Shown here: piece by piece, positions 30,246-39,685 of the stretch
How the letters are laid out: every line of letters begins with the position of its first letter
Numbering within the stretch: position 1 is the stretch's first letter
Source of the DNA: an uncultured candidate division Zixibacteria bacterium
GTDB lineage: Bacteria; Zixibacteria; MSB-5A5; GN15; PGXB01
Direction of reading: 5' to 3'
Assembly (NCBI GenBank): GCA_963702205.1
Contig: OY969724.1
Coordinates: forward strand, 3,232,001-3,296,000
Length of the DNA stretch: 64,000 nucleotides
Translations under genes and position numbers: made by a program
The notes under the pieces: generated by a model
Seen by the model: only the letters and a program-made list of their open reading frames with translations
Told to the model about the DNA's origin: nothing
The model's database searches: none

Positions 30246-31373
30246 TTAATGATGCAAACAACTTCTGTATAAATCAGCATAACGGTTTATATTTTCGTCT
30301 ATGCCGAATTTATTACGTACTGCTATCTTGCCGTTTATTCCTAATTTCACTGCATAAGTTTTATCGGAGAGTAGTCTGATTACGCCTTCGGAAATAGCCT
30401 TTGAATCTTTCGGGGGCACAATGAGTCCCGTCATTTCATTGTCCACTATCTCTTTCGGGCCACCTGAATCAGTAACTACCACCGGCTTTCCCAAAGCCAT
30501 AGCTTCTATCGTGGCAATAGATAACCCTTCAGATATGGATGGCAGTACAAAAACCTCCAATTGCCGGATGATTGAGGAAATATCCTCACGAAATCCAGTT
30601 AACAGCACTCTATCCTGAAGATTCAAGGAACTGATTAAGGCCCTGATGCTATTCAGAATTTTACCTTTGCCTTCTCCAACAATAAAAAAATATGCATTCG
30701 GCACTTTCTCTATAATCAAAGGTGCCGCCTTTATTAAATAATCAAATCCTTTCCATACTTCCATATTGCCAATTGTCCCGATTAGCACGGATTTATCGTG
30801 CAGATCGAATTCCGTCCGCAAACTGGATCCCTCTTTCTTTTCCTCCAAGGCATCAAAATCAACGCCATTATAAATTCGTCTCATTTGATTATCTTTGAAG
30901 CCACCCGCTTTTACAAGCTCAGCCTTCAAGAAATCGGAAACTGCGACGATATATTTCGCATGGTGTCTCACTATGGCAAGTTTTATGGAATCTTTGAAGT
31001 TTTTTATATGCCAAGTCCCAATCATTCCATGATAAGTTGCAACCACTGGTTTTCGGCTCAAGGTCCCTATAATATTAGCATAAACATTCGTGTCATCCAA
31101 ATGAGAGTGGATAACATCTACTTTCTTATTTTTAATTAGATTTATGACTCCTTTTATAAACTTCCAATCATACGCTCCGGAATTTTTGATAATTTCAGGT
31201 TCAACGCCAGTCTTCACTATATTATCGCACAGCCACCCTTCTCCTGCCAATAATACTACGGGGACAAACTCCTCTCTATCCAGCCGCTTTACAATATCGA
31301 CAAAGACACGTTCGGCACCGCCCGGGCCGGTAGTCTCTATCATATGCAGGATCACGGATTTACTATCTTGCAT
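30246..31373 (-). CDS. Glycosyltransferase family 4
   Basis: GPGGAE, YNGVD, PSISEGLSIATIEAMALGKPVV. Confidence 0.93.
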   Translation of the reverse strand: MQDSKSVILHMIETTGPGGAERVFVDIVKRLDREEFVPVVLLAGEGWLCDNIVKTGVEPEIIKNSGAYDWKFIKGVINLIKNKKVDVIHSHLDDTNVYANIIGTLSRKPVVATYHGMIGTWHIKNFKDSIKLAIVRHHAKYIVAVSDFLKAELVKAGGFKDNQMRRIYNGVDFDALEEKKEGSSLRTEFDLHDKSVLIGTIGNMEVWKGFDYLIKAAPLIIEKVPNAYFFIVGEGKGKILNSIRALISSLNLQDRVLLTGFREDISSIIRQLEVFVLPSISEGLSIATIEAMALGKPVVVTDSGGPKEIVDNEMTGLIVPPKDSKAISEGVIRLLSDKTYAVKLGINGKIAVRNKFGIDENINRYADLYRSCLHH

Positions 31374-31541
31374 ACTGTTGGTACCTCGAATAATTAATTA
31401 TGTGCTCTGTTGAAAATGTCCACGCACCACATGCAGCAAATTTATTCCGTAATTAGGGCAATAAGCTGCCCTTATTCCTTGTCAAGATCATGTTTATTTT
31501 TTATGAAACCAGTCAATATACAGTTCCCTGTTTCTATTCGA

Positions 31542-32636
31542 TCAAAGCAGTCGGTGTATGTGACAAAAAAATAACGCTTTCGAAAAACCTCCCAACAGGC
31601 CCCTGCAAAATCCATCGTGGATGTTGATCCTGTTCAATGAATAAATATCGCCATCCTCGGGCCCGCCCGCCGAACCGGTCGTCAACGCGCAATAATACCC
31701 GGTTTTACGGGCCAGCTCCTTGATGCTCGCGTCATAATTGCCGTTCGGGTATGCCAAAGATATTGACGGCACCGAAAGTTTTTCCTTAAGAAATCTATTG
31801 GATTCGGTCAGCTCATAAACCTGATCATCTTTGTCGATCATTGTCAAAATTTCGTGATTGACGCAATGCGAACCGAATTCAATATTAAAGTTTTTCATTT
31901 CCTCTATTTCTCTCCAATTTAATAATATCCGACTTGCCTCGTCCATACTGCCATCCTCGGGTTCGTGCCCAAGTATTATATCGAGAAGGGCATCCCGATC
32001 CGTCGGCGCGAGGCATTTCATGTTTTTTATCAAGTCCGTAACATAGTATTCGCTTTTGCTCTTCTTGTATTCCGGTCCCAATTTGTTCAGCAGGCCACAA
32101 GTCTCAGTGGAAACGAGTTTTGACAATTTCTCAAGAGTTTGGGCGTCGATCACATTGTCCATTCTGAAATAATTAATCAAACGCTCCGGCCAGAAGACAT
32201 TATTGGAGTCGATAAATCCCGTGGGTATGAATATCGTGGCCGGTATATTGTATTTTTTAAGCACCGGGAAGGCGTAAACGTAATTATCTCGCCAGGCATC
32301 ATCAAACGTTATAACAACTGTACGTCGGGTGACCTCTTCATTCGCACCAATCCTGTCGCACAATTCCTTCAGGCTGATGATATCATAATTGTCCTGCAAA
32401 TATTTCATTTGCGCATCAAATAAATTACTCAAGACAACAATGCCGGGATGTGATTGTATGCTCATCCAGGGCTTTACATCAACGGGATTGATGTCGGACG
32501 GTATCACCCTGTGGTACATCAATATTAAGTAATTTCCTGTTTTCGTATTTTTGGCCAGCCAACTTTTTCTGAAGGGGAAAAAGCCGATATAATAAATTAA
32601 TGCAGCTATAGCAATTTTAATAGCTCTTCTTATCAT
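31542..32636 (-). CDS. Polysaccharide deacetylase (CE4)
   Basis: ILMYHRV, ITFDDAW, FGSHCVNH, LAYPNG. Confidence 0.9.
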   Translation of the reverse strand: MIRRAIKIAIAALIYYIGFFPFRKSWLAKNTKTGNYLILMYHRVIPSDINPVDVKPWMSIQSHPGIVVLSNLFDAQMKYLQDNYDIISLKELCDRIGANEEVTRRTVVITFDDAWRDNYVYAFPVLKKYNIPATIFIPTGFIDSNNVFWPERLINYFRMDNVIDAQTLEKLSKLVSTETCGLLNKLGPEYKKSKSEYYVTDLIKNMKCLAPTDRDALLDIILGHEPEDGSMDEASRILLNWREIEEMKNFNIEFGSHCVNHEILTMIDKDDQVYELTESNRFLKEKLSVPSISLAYPNGNYDASIKELARKTGYYCALTTGSAGGPEDGDIYSLNRINIHDGFCRGLLGGFSKALFFCHIHRLL

Positions 32637-34066
32637 GCTTTCAACAATTCCATTTGTATCATTCTGGATTCGACATGTCGTTTAACTATGTAATAAAGGG
32701 ATACTATCAGCGCCGCAAGAATGTACAGGTGCGGATAGTAAAGCACAGTTAAGAAGGAACCGTGGACTACGAAACCAATCAAAGAACAATCCAGGGCATG
32801 CGAGAAATTTATGTACCATGGATCTCTTATATTGTTTTTCTTACACAACATGCGAGTTCGCCGATTATGTTTAAATAATACGACCAGCACCCCGACCAAA
32901 ACTATCAAACCACCAATGCCAAGTTCCGAGGCCGCCTCTATGAAGATATTATGGACGACTGTGGCACCCCCTACCCCCGTGGGTCGATAATGGGTTGTCC
33001 AGGCCACCGGGAAATTATAGATGCCGACGCCTGTTAATGGATGATCTATAAACATATCTATTCCAGCCTTCCAAAGCCTAAGCCTGGATGATGCTGTTTT
33101 ATCTTCATTATAATCTTTGGCAGAAATAAAACGATCTTTCCAGGCAGTTGGTGCGGCCGTCCAGAAGCCGACGGCCAAAATGACAACCACAATAAGGCTT
33201 GTAAATTTACTTTTGCTTTTGACCCAATATGCAATGAGGGACGCAAATAATCCAAGAGCCGCTCCCCTCGACCCGCTTACCATAATAGAAGTCATAAATG
33301 CCAAAGTAAATGCGCCAGAGATTATTTTGAGCGCCAATGACTTCACTGATTTATATAAATAAAATGCAAGTGGAGCGACCACCACCATGGCTATCCCGAA
33401 ATCATTGGCGTTGTTAAAAAAGCCGCCCGAGCCAACCCCGACACCTTCTTGTATGAAGAATCGCAAATTTTCAGCGGATTCATAGCCGGAATGAAAACTC
33501 CTTAATTGGAACTGGCTCATTTTTAGATTAAGCAATAGAAACAGCCACATGAAAATCTGCCATTTGGATTTAGTATTCACGAGGTTCACTATCATAAAGA
33601 CTATCGCAAACCACTTGGCTAAGTCAATCGTCGCTTCTAATGCCACGCTCTTGTCGAAAGCGAACATAGTCGAAATGAAAGCTAAGATTAGCCAGGAGAT
33701 AAACAGCGAATAGATTTTGTCATATTCTATTTTAATGTCCCTCAGTACGGCGTAGCGTACTAACATGATGCCGATTGTAGGAAGCACGATCAATTTACCT
33801 ACCTGCAGAACGTATAATCCCGGAATCATGGCCGAAAGACGAGCATATTCAAATGTAATATAAGCGACGGCACCAAGATATGGATAGTGAAAAAGTATAA
33901 TCCCAAGTATCAGTATCCCTATAATTCCGAAAACAATTACTGGTCCCAGTATCAATAGCGCTATACCGCTTAAAAATGCTCCTATCATAACAAGCAAATA
34001 CCATAGATGATGCGGTTCGATTATATGAAACTGCCGGCCTTCGGCAATTTTAATGTCTTGCGCCAC
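32633..34066 (-). CDS. O-antigen ligase / Wzy-type polymerase
   Basis: Multi-TM; NANDF, SGSRGA, R..LW..G..M..DHPLTGVG, HNIFIE..SELG. Confidence 0.85.
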   Translation of the reverse strand: MAQDIKIAEGRQFHIIEPHHLWYLLVMIGAFLSGIALLILGPVIVFGIIGILILGIILFHYPYLGAVAYITFEYARLSAMIPGLYVLQVGKLIVLPTIGIMLVRYAVLRDIKIEYDKIYSLFISWLILAFISTMFAFDKSVALEATIDLAKWFAIVFMIVNLVNTKSKWQIFMWLFLLLNLKMSQFQLRSFHSGYESAENLRFFIQEGVGVGSGGFFNNANDFGIAMVVVAPLAFYLYKSVKSLALKIISGAFTLAFMTSIMVSGSRGAALGLFASLIAYWVKSKSKFTSLIVVVILAVGFWTAAPTAWKDRFISAKDYNEDKTASSRLRLWKAGIDMFIDHPLTGVGIYNFPVAWTTHYRPTGVGGATVVHNIFIEAASELGIGGLIVLVGVLVVLFKHNRRTRMLCKKNNIRDPWYINFSHALDCSLIGFVVHGSFLTVLYYPHLYILAALIVSLYYIVKRHVESRMIQMELLKA

Positions 34067-35471
34067 TCTTTATTTCCTTTTGAGGCGAGCATTGTGTCTT
34101 TGTCTTGTCCAGCACGTGGGCAAACCGTTCAGTTAGATTTCGGTATTCATATTTATTTATGCAATTAAAATCAGGTGATATCCTGAGTTTATTCTCCATT
34201 TTTGCCAAATACAACTCATACAAATTGGATTTTATCCGGTCAACTTGATTAAATGGAACCAGAATGCCACTCTTACATTCAACTATAGCATTGCTAACCT
34301 CACCCTCACGACCAACTATAAATATCAGCTGACCGGCCTTCAAATACTCGAACACTTTTCCCGGGAATTGTTGATTCGTTATGGTCTGAGGACCCAGCAG
34401 CAGCAATAGTATATCTGCGCTCATCATATTTGAAATCGCGAGAGTATGTTCACGAAATCCCAATAAATGGACAATATCCGTAAGATTCAATGCATTGATC
34501 TCACCCTTGTAACTGTGTGGTACATAACCAATAAAATTTATTTCGAAACTTTTGCTTATCTCAGGGTGCTCACTTTTTAAATCTGCAAGTGCTTGAAAAA
34601 ACTTGCCTGCCGTCCCAGCATATAAAGTACCCATATGTAATATCGTGAATTTGCTCGCAGGATTGTGAGAAGACTGGATTTTACAATCTATAAAATCATC
34701 GGCATCGAACCCATTGGTTATGCATTGGCATTTTGATCTGTCGATTTCCGGAAATTGCCCGACAAGATCGTCGATATTGCCTTCGCACATTGTTACTATT
34801 TGATCCGCCTTTCTGACAAACCTTCGCATAAGCCACAAATCGAGCCTGCGGCGGTATTTGCTGGAATAGGCATTGGGATATCCTACCACCCAATTATCCC
34901 TTAGATCAACAAGCCAGGGTTTGCGAAACAGGAACTTCAGGGTCAATCCGACAAATTGAGTGGTTGGCGGGGCGGAGGTCGTGCATACCACATCTGGCTT
35001 CTCATTCATAATGATGCGGATCGCTTTAAATAGCGCAAACGGATACCAACCGACCTTGGAATCCGGGAGATATAACCAATTTTCCACGAATCTATTCAAC
35101 TTACTAAGGATATTATTCTTGATCCATGTCTTTATTGATATGCGTTCCTCAGACCTGTAATTGGAGACATCGTTATCAACAGACGGTGCCTTGGAAATTG
35201 AAGCAGCAGGTTTGCCAAAAAGCAAGTTATATATTTTATCGTTAATTTCTGTCAAATCGATTGAATAAGCTCGGTTTATCTTTGTCCCGTCAGGTATATC
35301 TTTAAGAAGGGTATGATCGAGTGCGTCAACATATGGATTCCTGGCAGTCAGCACAATCGGCTCCCAACCGAATTCCCATAAATGTTTCACGAATTTGACC
35401 GGACGATAGATTCCCGATGTGCATGCAGGAGGGAAATCATATGTTATAAACAATAACTTCTTCATTTTCAA
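34050..35471 (-). CDS. Glycosyltransferase family 4
   Basis: YDFPP, PDSKVGW, DLRDNW, ITNGFD, PGKVFEYL. Confidence 0.88.
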   Translation of the reverse strand: MKMKKLLFITYDFPPACTSGIYRPVKFVKHLWEFGWEPIVLTARNPYVDALDHTLLKDIPDGTKINRAYSIDLTEINDKIYNLLFGKPAASISKAPSVDNDVSNYRSEERISIKTWIKNNILSKLNRFVENWLYLPDSKVGWYPFALFKAIRIIMNEKPDVVCTTSAPPTTQFVGLTLKFLFRKPWLVDLRDNWVVGYPNAYSSKYRRRLDLWLMRRFVRKADQIVTMCEGNIDDLVGQFPEIDRSKCQCITNGFDADDFIDCKIQSSHNPASKFTILHMGTLYAGTAGKFFQALADLKSEHPEISKSFEINFIGYVPHSYKGEINALNLTDIVHLLGFREHTLAISNMMSADILLLLLGPQTITNQQFPGKVFEYLKAGQLIFIVGREGEVSNAIVECKSGILVPFNQVDRIKSNLYELYLAKMENKLRISPDFNCINKYEYRNLTERFAHVLDKTKTQCSPQKEIKSGARH

Positions 35472-35505
35472 ATATATAATCAGCCTTTAACCACAGAATT
35501 AATAA

Positions 35506-35534
35506 AAATTACTAAATTACAAAATTGTTGTCAA
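35506..35534 (-). promoter_or_regulatory. Sigma70-like promoter for the leftward GT operon
   Basis: TTGACA-17 bp-TAATTT on the minus strand, about 35 bp before the 35471 start. Confidence 0.55.
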
Positions 35535-35981
35535 GTTCTTATCAATACATAAGTATTTATATATCTTGCGGTTACGGCGGCGGCCGCAAAGAACCATTAA
35601 CCGCAGCTATTGTCCCAATTAGAATACAGACAACGATATATTGTGTATATACGACAATAGGACCATTTCTGTAGAGCATTAATGACCTGATTAATAATTA
35701 TTTATGTGTGAATGTGACCCTCGGGGAATAAATATTTTCAAAATTCATTGATTTGTGAAGGATAATTAGGAACAAATGCCCGGAGACCATATTTTAATTG
35801 TAAATTGATCATAATTGCCATTATCAAAGGCGATACAAGATTGGCAAAGGCGGAAATTCCGGAATAAATTTAGACTAATTGGGTAAATCAATAATGCCGA
35901 TTTATCTGGTATATAAAAAGGAATAAATTATAATTATAATAATTGGTTGGTTGGTAATATAATTAAATTTCGGAGCAAACT

Positions 35982-36650
35982 ATGGCAATAACAGAATTTT
36001 ACAACTTGAACACTCCCGAGGGCACGGAGGTTCAAAAAGTACTTCGGTATATTTCTAAAACAACCAATGATGCTTTTAAAACGCTGATGGTAACCTCCAC
36101 AAAAAGTTCGGAAGGCAAGTCCGTAGTTTCGTCCTTAATTGCCATGACATATTGCCAGGAATATAGTAATAATGTTCTTTTAATTGATCTCGATTTAAGA
36201 CGACCTTCAATTCATACGCTCTTTGACTTGCCATTAGGCGACGGCGTTATAGATCTCATTCAAGGGCATTTGACAATTGGCCAGGCGATTAAGCACTCCA
36301 ACATTGACGGTTTGGATATTATAACATCAGGTAATATTTCCAATGACGCCAATAATATTCTCGCTAATGCGAGGATTATGAATATGTTGGATCAATTAAG
36401 TCATAGATATGATAAAATAATCATTGACTCTCCTCCCGTATTGCCCGTCATAGACGCATTGACGATACTTGATTATGTTGATTATGCAGTGTTGGTATTA
36501 AAATTGTGCGACACCACTCATCGTCAAGCTGAACTTGCGATGAAATCATTATATAGCCATAAAAAGAAAATTTTGGGGGTTATCGTCAACGACTCCAATA
36601 GGCGTTTGCCCACAGAATACAGATATTACGACAACAATTATTATAAATAG
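35982..36650 (+). CDS. Stand-alone BY-kinase (CpsD/CapB family tyrosine kinase)
   Basis: Walker A SSEGKS, IDLDLRRP, IIIDSPP, C-terminal Tyr cluster EYRYYDNNYYK. Confidence 0.92.
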   Translation: MAITEFYNLNTPEGTEVQKVLRYISKTTNDAFKTLMVTSTKSSEGKSVVSSLIAMTYCQEYSNNVLLIDLDLRRPSIHTLFDLPLGDGVIDLIQGHLTIGQAIKHSNIDGLDIITSGNISNDANNILANARIMNMLDQLSHRYDKIIIDSPPVLPVIDALTILDYVDYAVLVLKLCDTTHRQAELAMKSLYSHKKKILGVIVNDSNRRLPTEYRYYDNNYYK

Positions 36651-37036
36651 CATGGATTAAGCAATCGGCTTCCGGCCGCTTTTTATCGTGCAATAGTCGT
36701 TCTTTTGCTTTATCAATATTAGCCAAATCCGTTCTTACGGCTTATAATATCATAATTAAAAAAGCGCCGGCGCCTGATATAAAATACATCAAAAGCCGAT
36801 CATCACAACAGGGGTCTCCTGTGGGTTATTGAATATTATCGACCTCAAAAATTATCATCTTCATTTTCATATATTAAGTAACTCAGGCCGATAAATGATA
36901 TGGGAATAAAATCACGAAAAATGGGATAATTCCCATAGAAAATCAGGTTCCGGTCTTCCCGGCGTTCGTTATATCACCCCGATGGCCGTAATTCGTTACA
37001 TAGCATAGCAATACGATGCCATTAATGCCACCCCCA

Positions 37037-37053
37037 TTGGCCTGTATTTTGCG
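37037..37053 (+). promoter_or_regulatory. Sigma54-like -24/-12 site
   Basis: TTGGCCTGTATTTTGCG (GG-N10-GC) just upstream of the 37078 gene. Confidence 0.4.
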
Positions 37054-37077
37054 AACCTATATTGCATATGGATTTAT

Positions 37078-38159
37078 GTGAGGCATGAAATATTATCATC
37101 GGGGGATGGTGTGAAGAGTGATGTAAACACTACCTGGGAGTCGCTGCCCAAAATCAGTGTCGTTATTCCGGTAAAAAATGAGGCCGCGAATCTCGAACGT
37201 ACAGTCAGCGGCCTTTTATCGCAAAGCTATCCAAATGGTTTTTTGGAAATTTTGATTATAGTCGCCGATTCGTCGGATAAGACAAATGAGATTGTTCAGG
37301 GCCTGTCGGCAAAGCACAGCACAATCAGAGTTTATCATAATCCGCAATCCGTTTCTGCCGCAGCGAGAAATATTGGCATCAAAAATGCCCGGGGCGATAT
37401 AATATTATTCGTGGACGGTCATACCTATATTGACAATAACCAGCTCCTGCTGAATACTGCAAAATTAATGAGGACTCATGGAGTATCTGTACTAAGCAGG
37501 CCTCAATTTTTAAGAACACCTTACAATAATTTCATTCAAAACGCCGTCTCTCTGGCAAGAGAGTCAGTCATCGGGCATGCTTCCGATTCCACAATATACG
37601 AAAGGCAGGAAGCGTATGTGGACCCATCGAGCGCGGGCGCGACTTACGAAAAAGAAATCTTTAACACGGTCGGCATATTCGACGAGGACTTCGACGCGTG
37701 TGAGGACGTGGAGTTTAATTTCAGGGTAGCTCAAGCCGGTTACCGAGCGTTCACTTCTTTGAAATTAGGTGTTTATTATATACCGAGAGATTCTCTCGGG
37801 GACTCTTAACGCAAATGATGAGATACGGTCTTGGCAGATTTAAATTAATACTTAAGCACCGGAAGTCACTGAACGCCGCGACATTGATCCCGCCCCTTTT
37901 TACGCTCGCCATCCATATGTTGCTGGGGCTTTCATTTTGGGACCATATGTATGCCGAAGGTCTGCTGCTAATCCTGATTTTTTATTATGCTCTGGTGTTT
38001 TTTTTCTCAATAAAGATAAGCGTACATAACGGATTTAAATACCTATGGACTTTACCCGCCGTCTTTACGGTGATTCATATAGGATTGGGATATGGTTTTA
38101 TTTGGGGTTTTGCAAGATACATTTTTGAACGAAATCATAAAATCCGAAGCGGCCCTTAA
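37078..38159 (+). pseudogene. Frameshifted GT2 (succinoglycan ExoA-like)
   Basis: ORFs 37078-37809 and 37815-38159 join as ...PRDSLGGLLTQMMRYG... if one G is added to GGGG at 37798-37801. Confidence 0.85.
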
Positions 38160-38182
38160 GACTTTTTGAGCCATGCGGGATA

Positions 38183-39286
38183 TCAATTGGGACGCATCTC
38201 CAAAAATTCCTCCAAATTCCCGGCTTTTTCAGGATCTATTGCATTCAAAATAGTCAGTACTTCTTTTGCCTTCGCGCCATTATTGGAAAAATAATATGCG
38301 ACCCCGAGGTTATAATACGCCTTTATAAATGTACTATCGAGTTGGATTGTCATTTTCAGGGCATCTATGGCTTCATGGTAACGTCCCAATATTCCCAGTT
38401 CAATGCCCAGGTTACAATAGGCTTCAGCGTAGTTTATGTCGTGCTTAATGGCCTGCCGGTAACTATTAATCGCTTCCAAAGCCTTTCCCATGTCTCCGTA
38501 AAGAACCCCCAAATTAAAGTACAATTTCGGATCAGTGGGAGCTTGTTTCAAGGCCTTTAGAAATATTTTTTCCGCTTCGTCATATTTTTTTATTCTGCCA
38601 AATACCGTTCCGAGGTTGCTGTAAGCCTCAACATAGCCTTTGGAATATTTTATTGCCCTTTTATATGCAGCTATGGCTTCACCATAGTTATGCAAATCAC
38701 TATGAATTAAACCCAAACCGTAATGTGCTTTGGCATATCTGGGCGATATTTCCAGACAAGACCTTAAGTCATTCAAGGCTTCGGGAAAATTCCTCGTTTT
38801 CGCATACAATGCCCCGCGATTGCAATAGGCCTTAAAATTATTCGGGTTAATTTCTATTGACCTCGAATATGATCTAAGTGCATTATCGGTGTCCTGCAAT
38901 TTATTATAGATAATGCCCAGGTAATAATAGCTTTCACTATCCCCGGGATCGACCTTTAATGCCTTGTGGAAATACCGCAAAGCCTCATTGAAATTTCCGA
39001 TTTTCGCGTAAGCAATTGCCAAATTGAAAATCGCATCGGCATCCTCCGGATGCACCATAAGCTTTTTCCCCAGCGAATTTATTAATTCGCCGGAAGCGGT
39101 ACTTAATGCTATATTTGTATTTTGATCCATATTGTCACATTGACCATTAAGCAAATCGATTGCGATATCTGTATTTATAATACGCTTACGCATAATATTT
39201 CTTTGATTCAATTTGCAGATAGATGCTACTAAGGGCCGGGTGAGCCTCGGCCATCTCCTTGGCCTTAAAATTCTAACCTGAAGCAA
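38183..39286 (-). CDS. TPR-repeat protein
   Basis: About eight 34-aa repeats (AYxNLG...A...Y..AI); real start probably 39193 or downstream. Confidence 0.88.
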   Translation of the reverse strand: MLQVRILRPRRWPRLTRPLVASICKLNQRNIMRKRIINTDIAIDLLNGQCDNMDQNTNIALSTASGELINSLGKKLMVHPEDADAIFNLAIAYAKIGNFNEALRYFHKALKVDPGDSESYYYLGIIYNKLQDTDNALRSYSRSIEINPNNFKAYCNRGALYAKTRNFPEALNDLRSCLEISPRYAKAHYGLGLIHSDLHNYGEAIAAYKRAIKYSKGYVEAYSNLGTVFGRIKKYDEAEKIFLKALKQAPTDPKLYFNLGVLYGDMGKALEAINSYRQAIKHDINYAEAYCNLGIELGILGRYHEAIDALKMTIQLDSTFIKAYYNLGVAYYFSNNGAKAKEVLTILNAIDPEKAGNLEEFLEMRPN

Positions 39287-39685
39287 TTAAACCAGGAATG
39301 GCCCAAAAAAAATCAGCAGGGAATTTTTTAAAGTCAAGTCAGTTAACAAGTCCTTTGACTCAAAAAATCGTCGTCCTTACCTCCAAGGTTAAGTCCCTAT
39401 AAGTTATGTGCAATTCCCTAAGCTGTCGCGGATATTAAAATATTACAAAAGTAGCAGCAAAAGTTCTGCCGGAAGGCTTACGTTAAATCACTCCGACTCC
39501 TAAATGTCCCGAAAGCCCATTTCCCGCAATATCCAATGATGAAATCTCCCTTATATTTTAAGGGATAAAATTAAAATAGCAATAAAAATTTGTCAAAAAT
39601 TGACGCAAAGGAGCCCCGAAATTATGCATATATTAGCATATATACGGGTTGAACAGCCTGCCATTTCGGTATTTTGGCGTGTCGT

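Noticed and set aside
39385..39398. AAGGTTAAGTCCCT resembling the tRNA T-arm fragment
   Set aside because: Short, gapped and opposite in orientation; likely chance.
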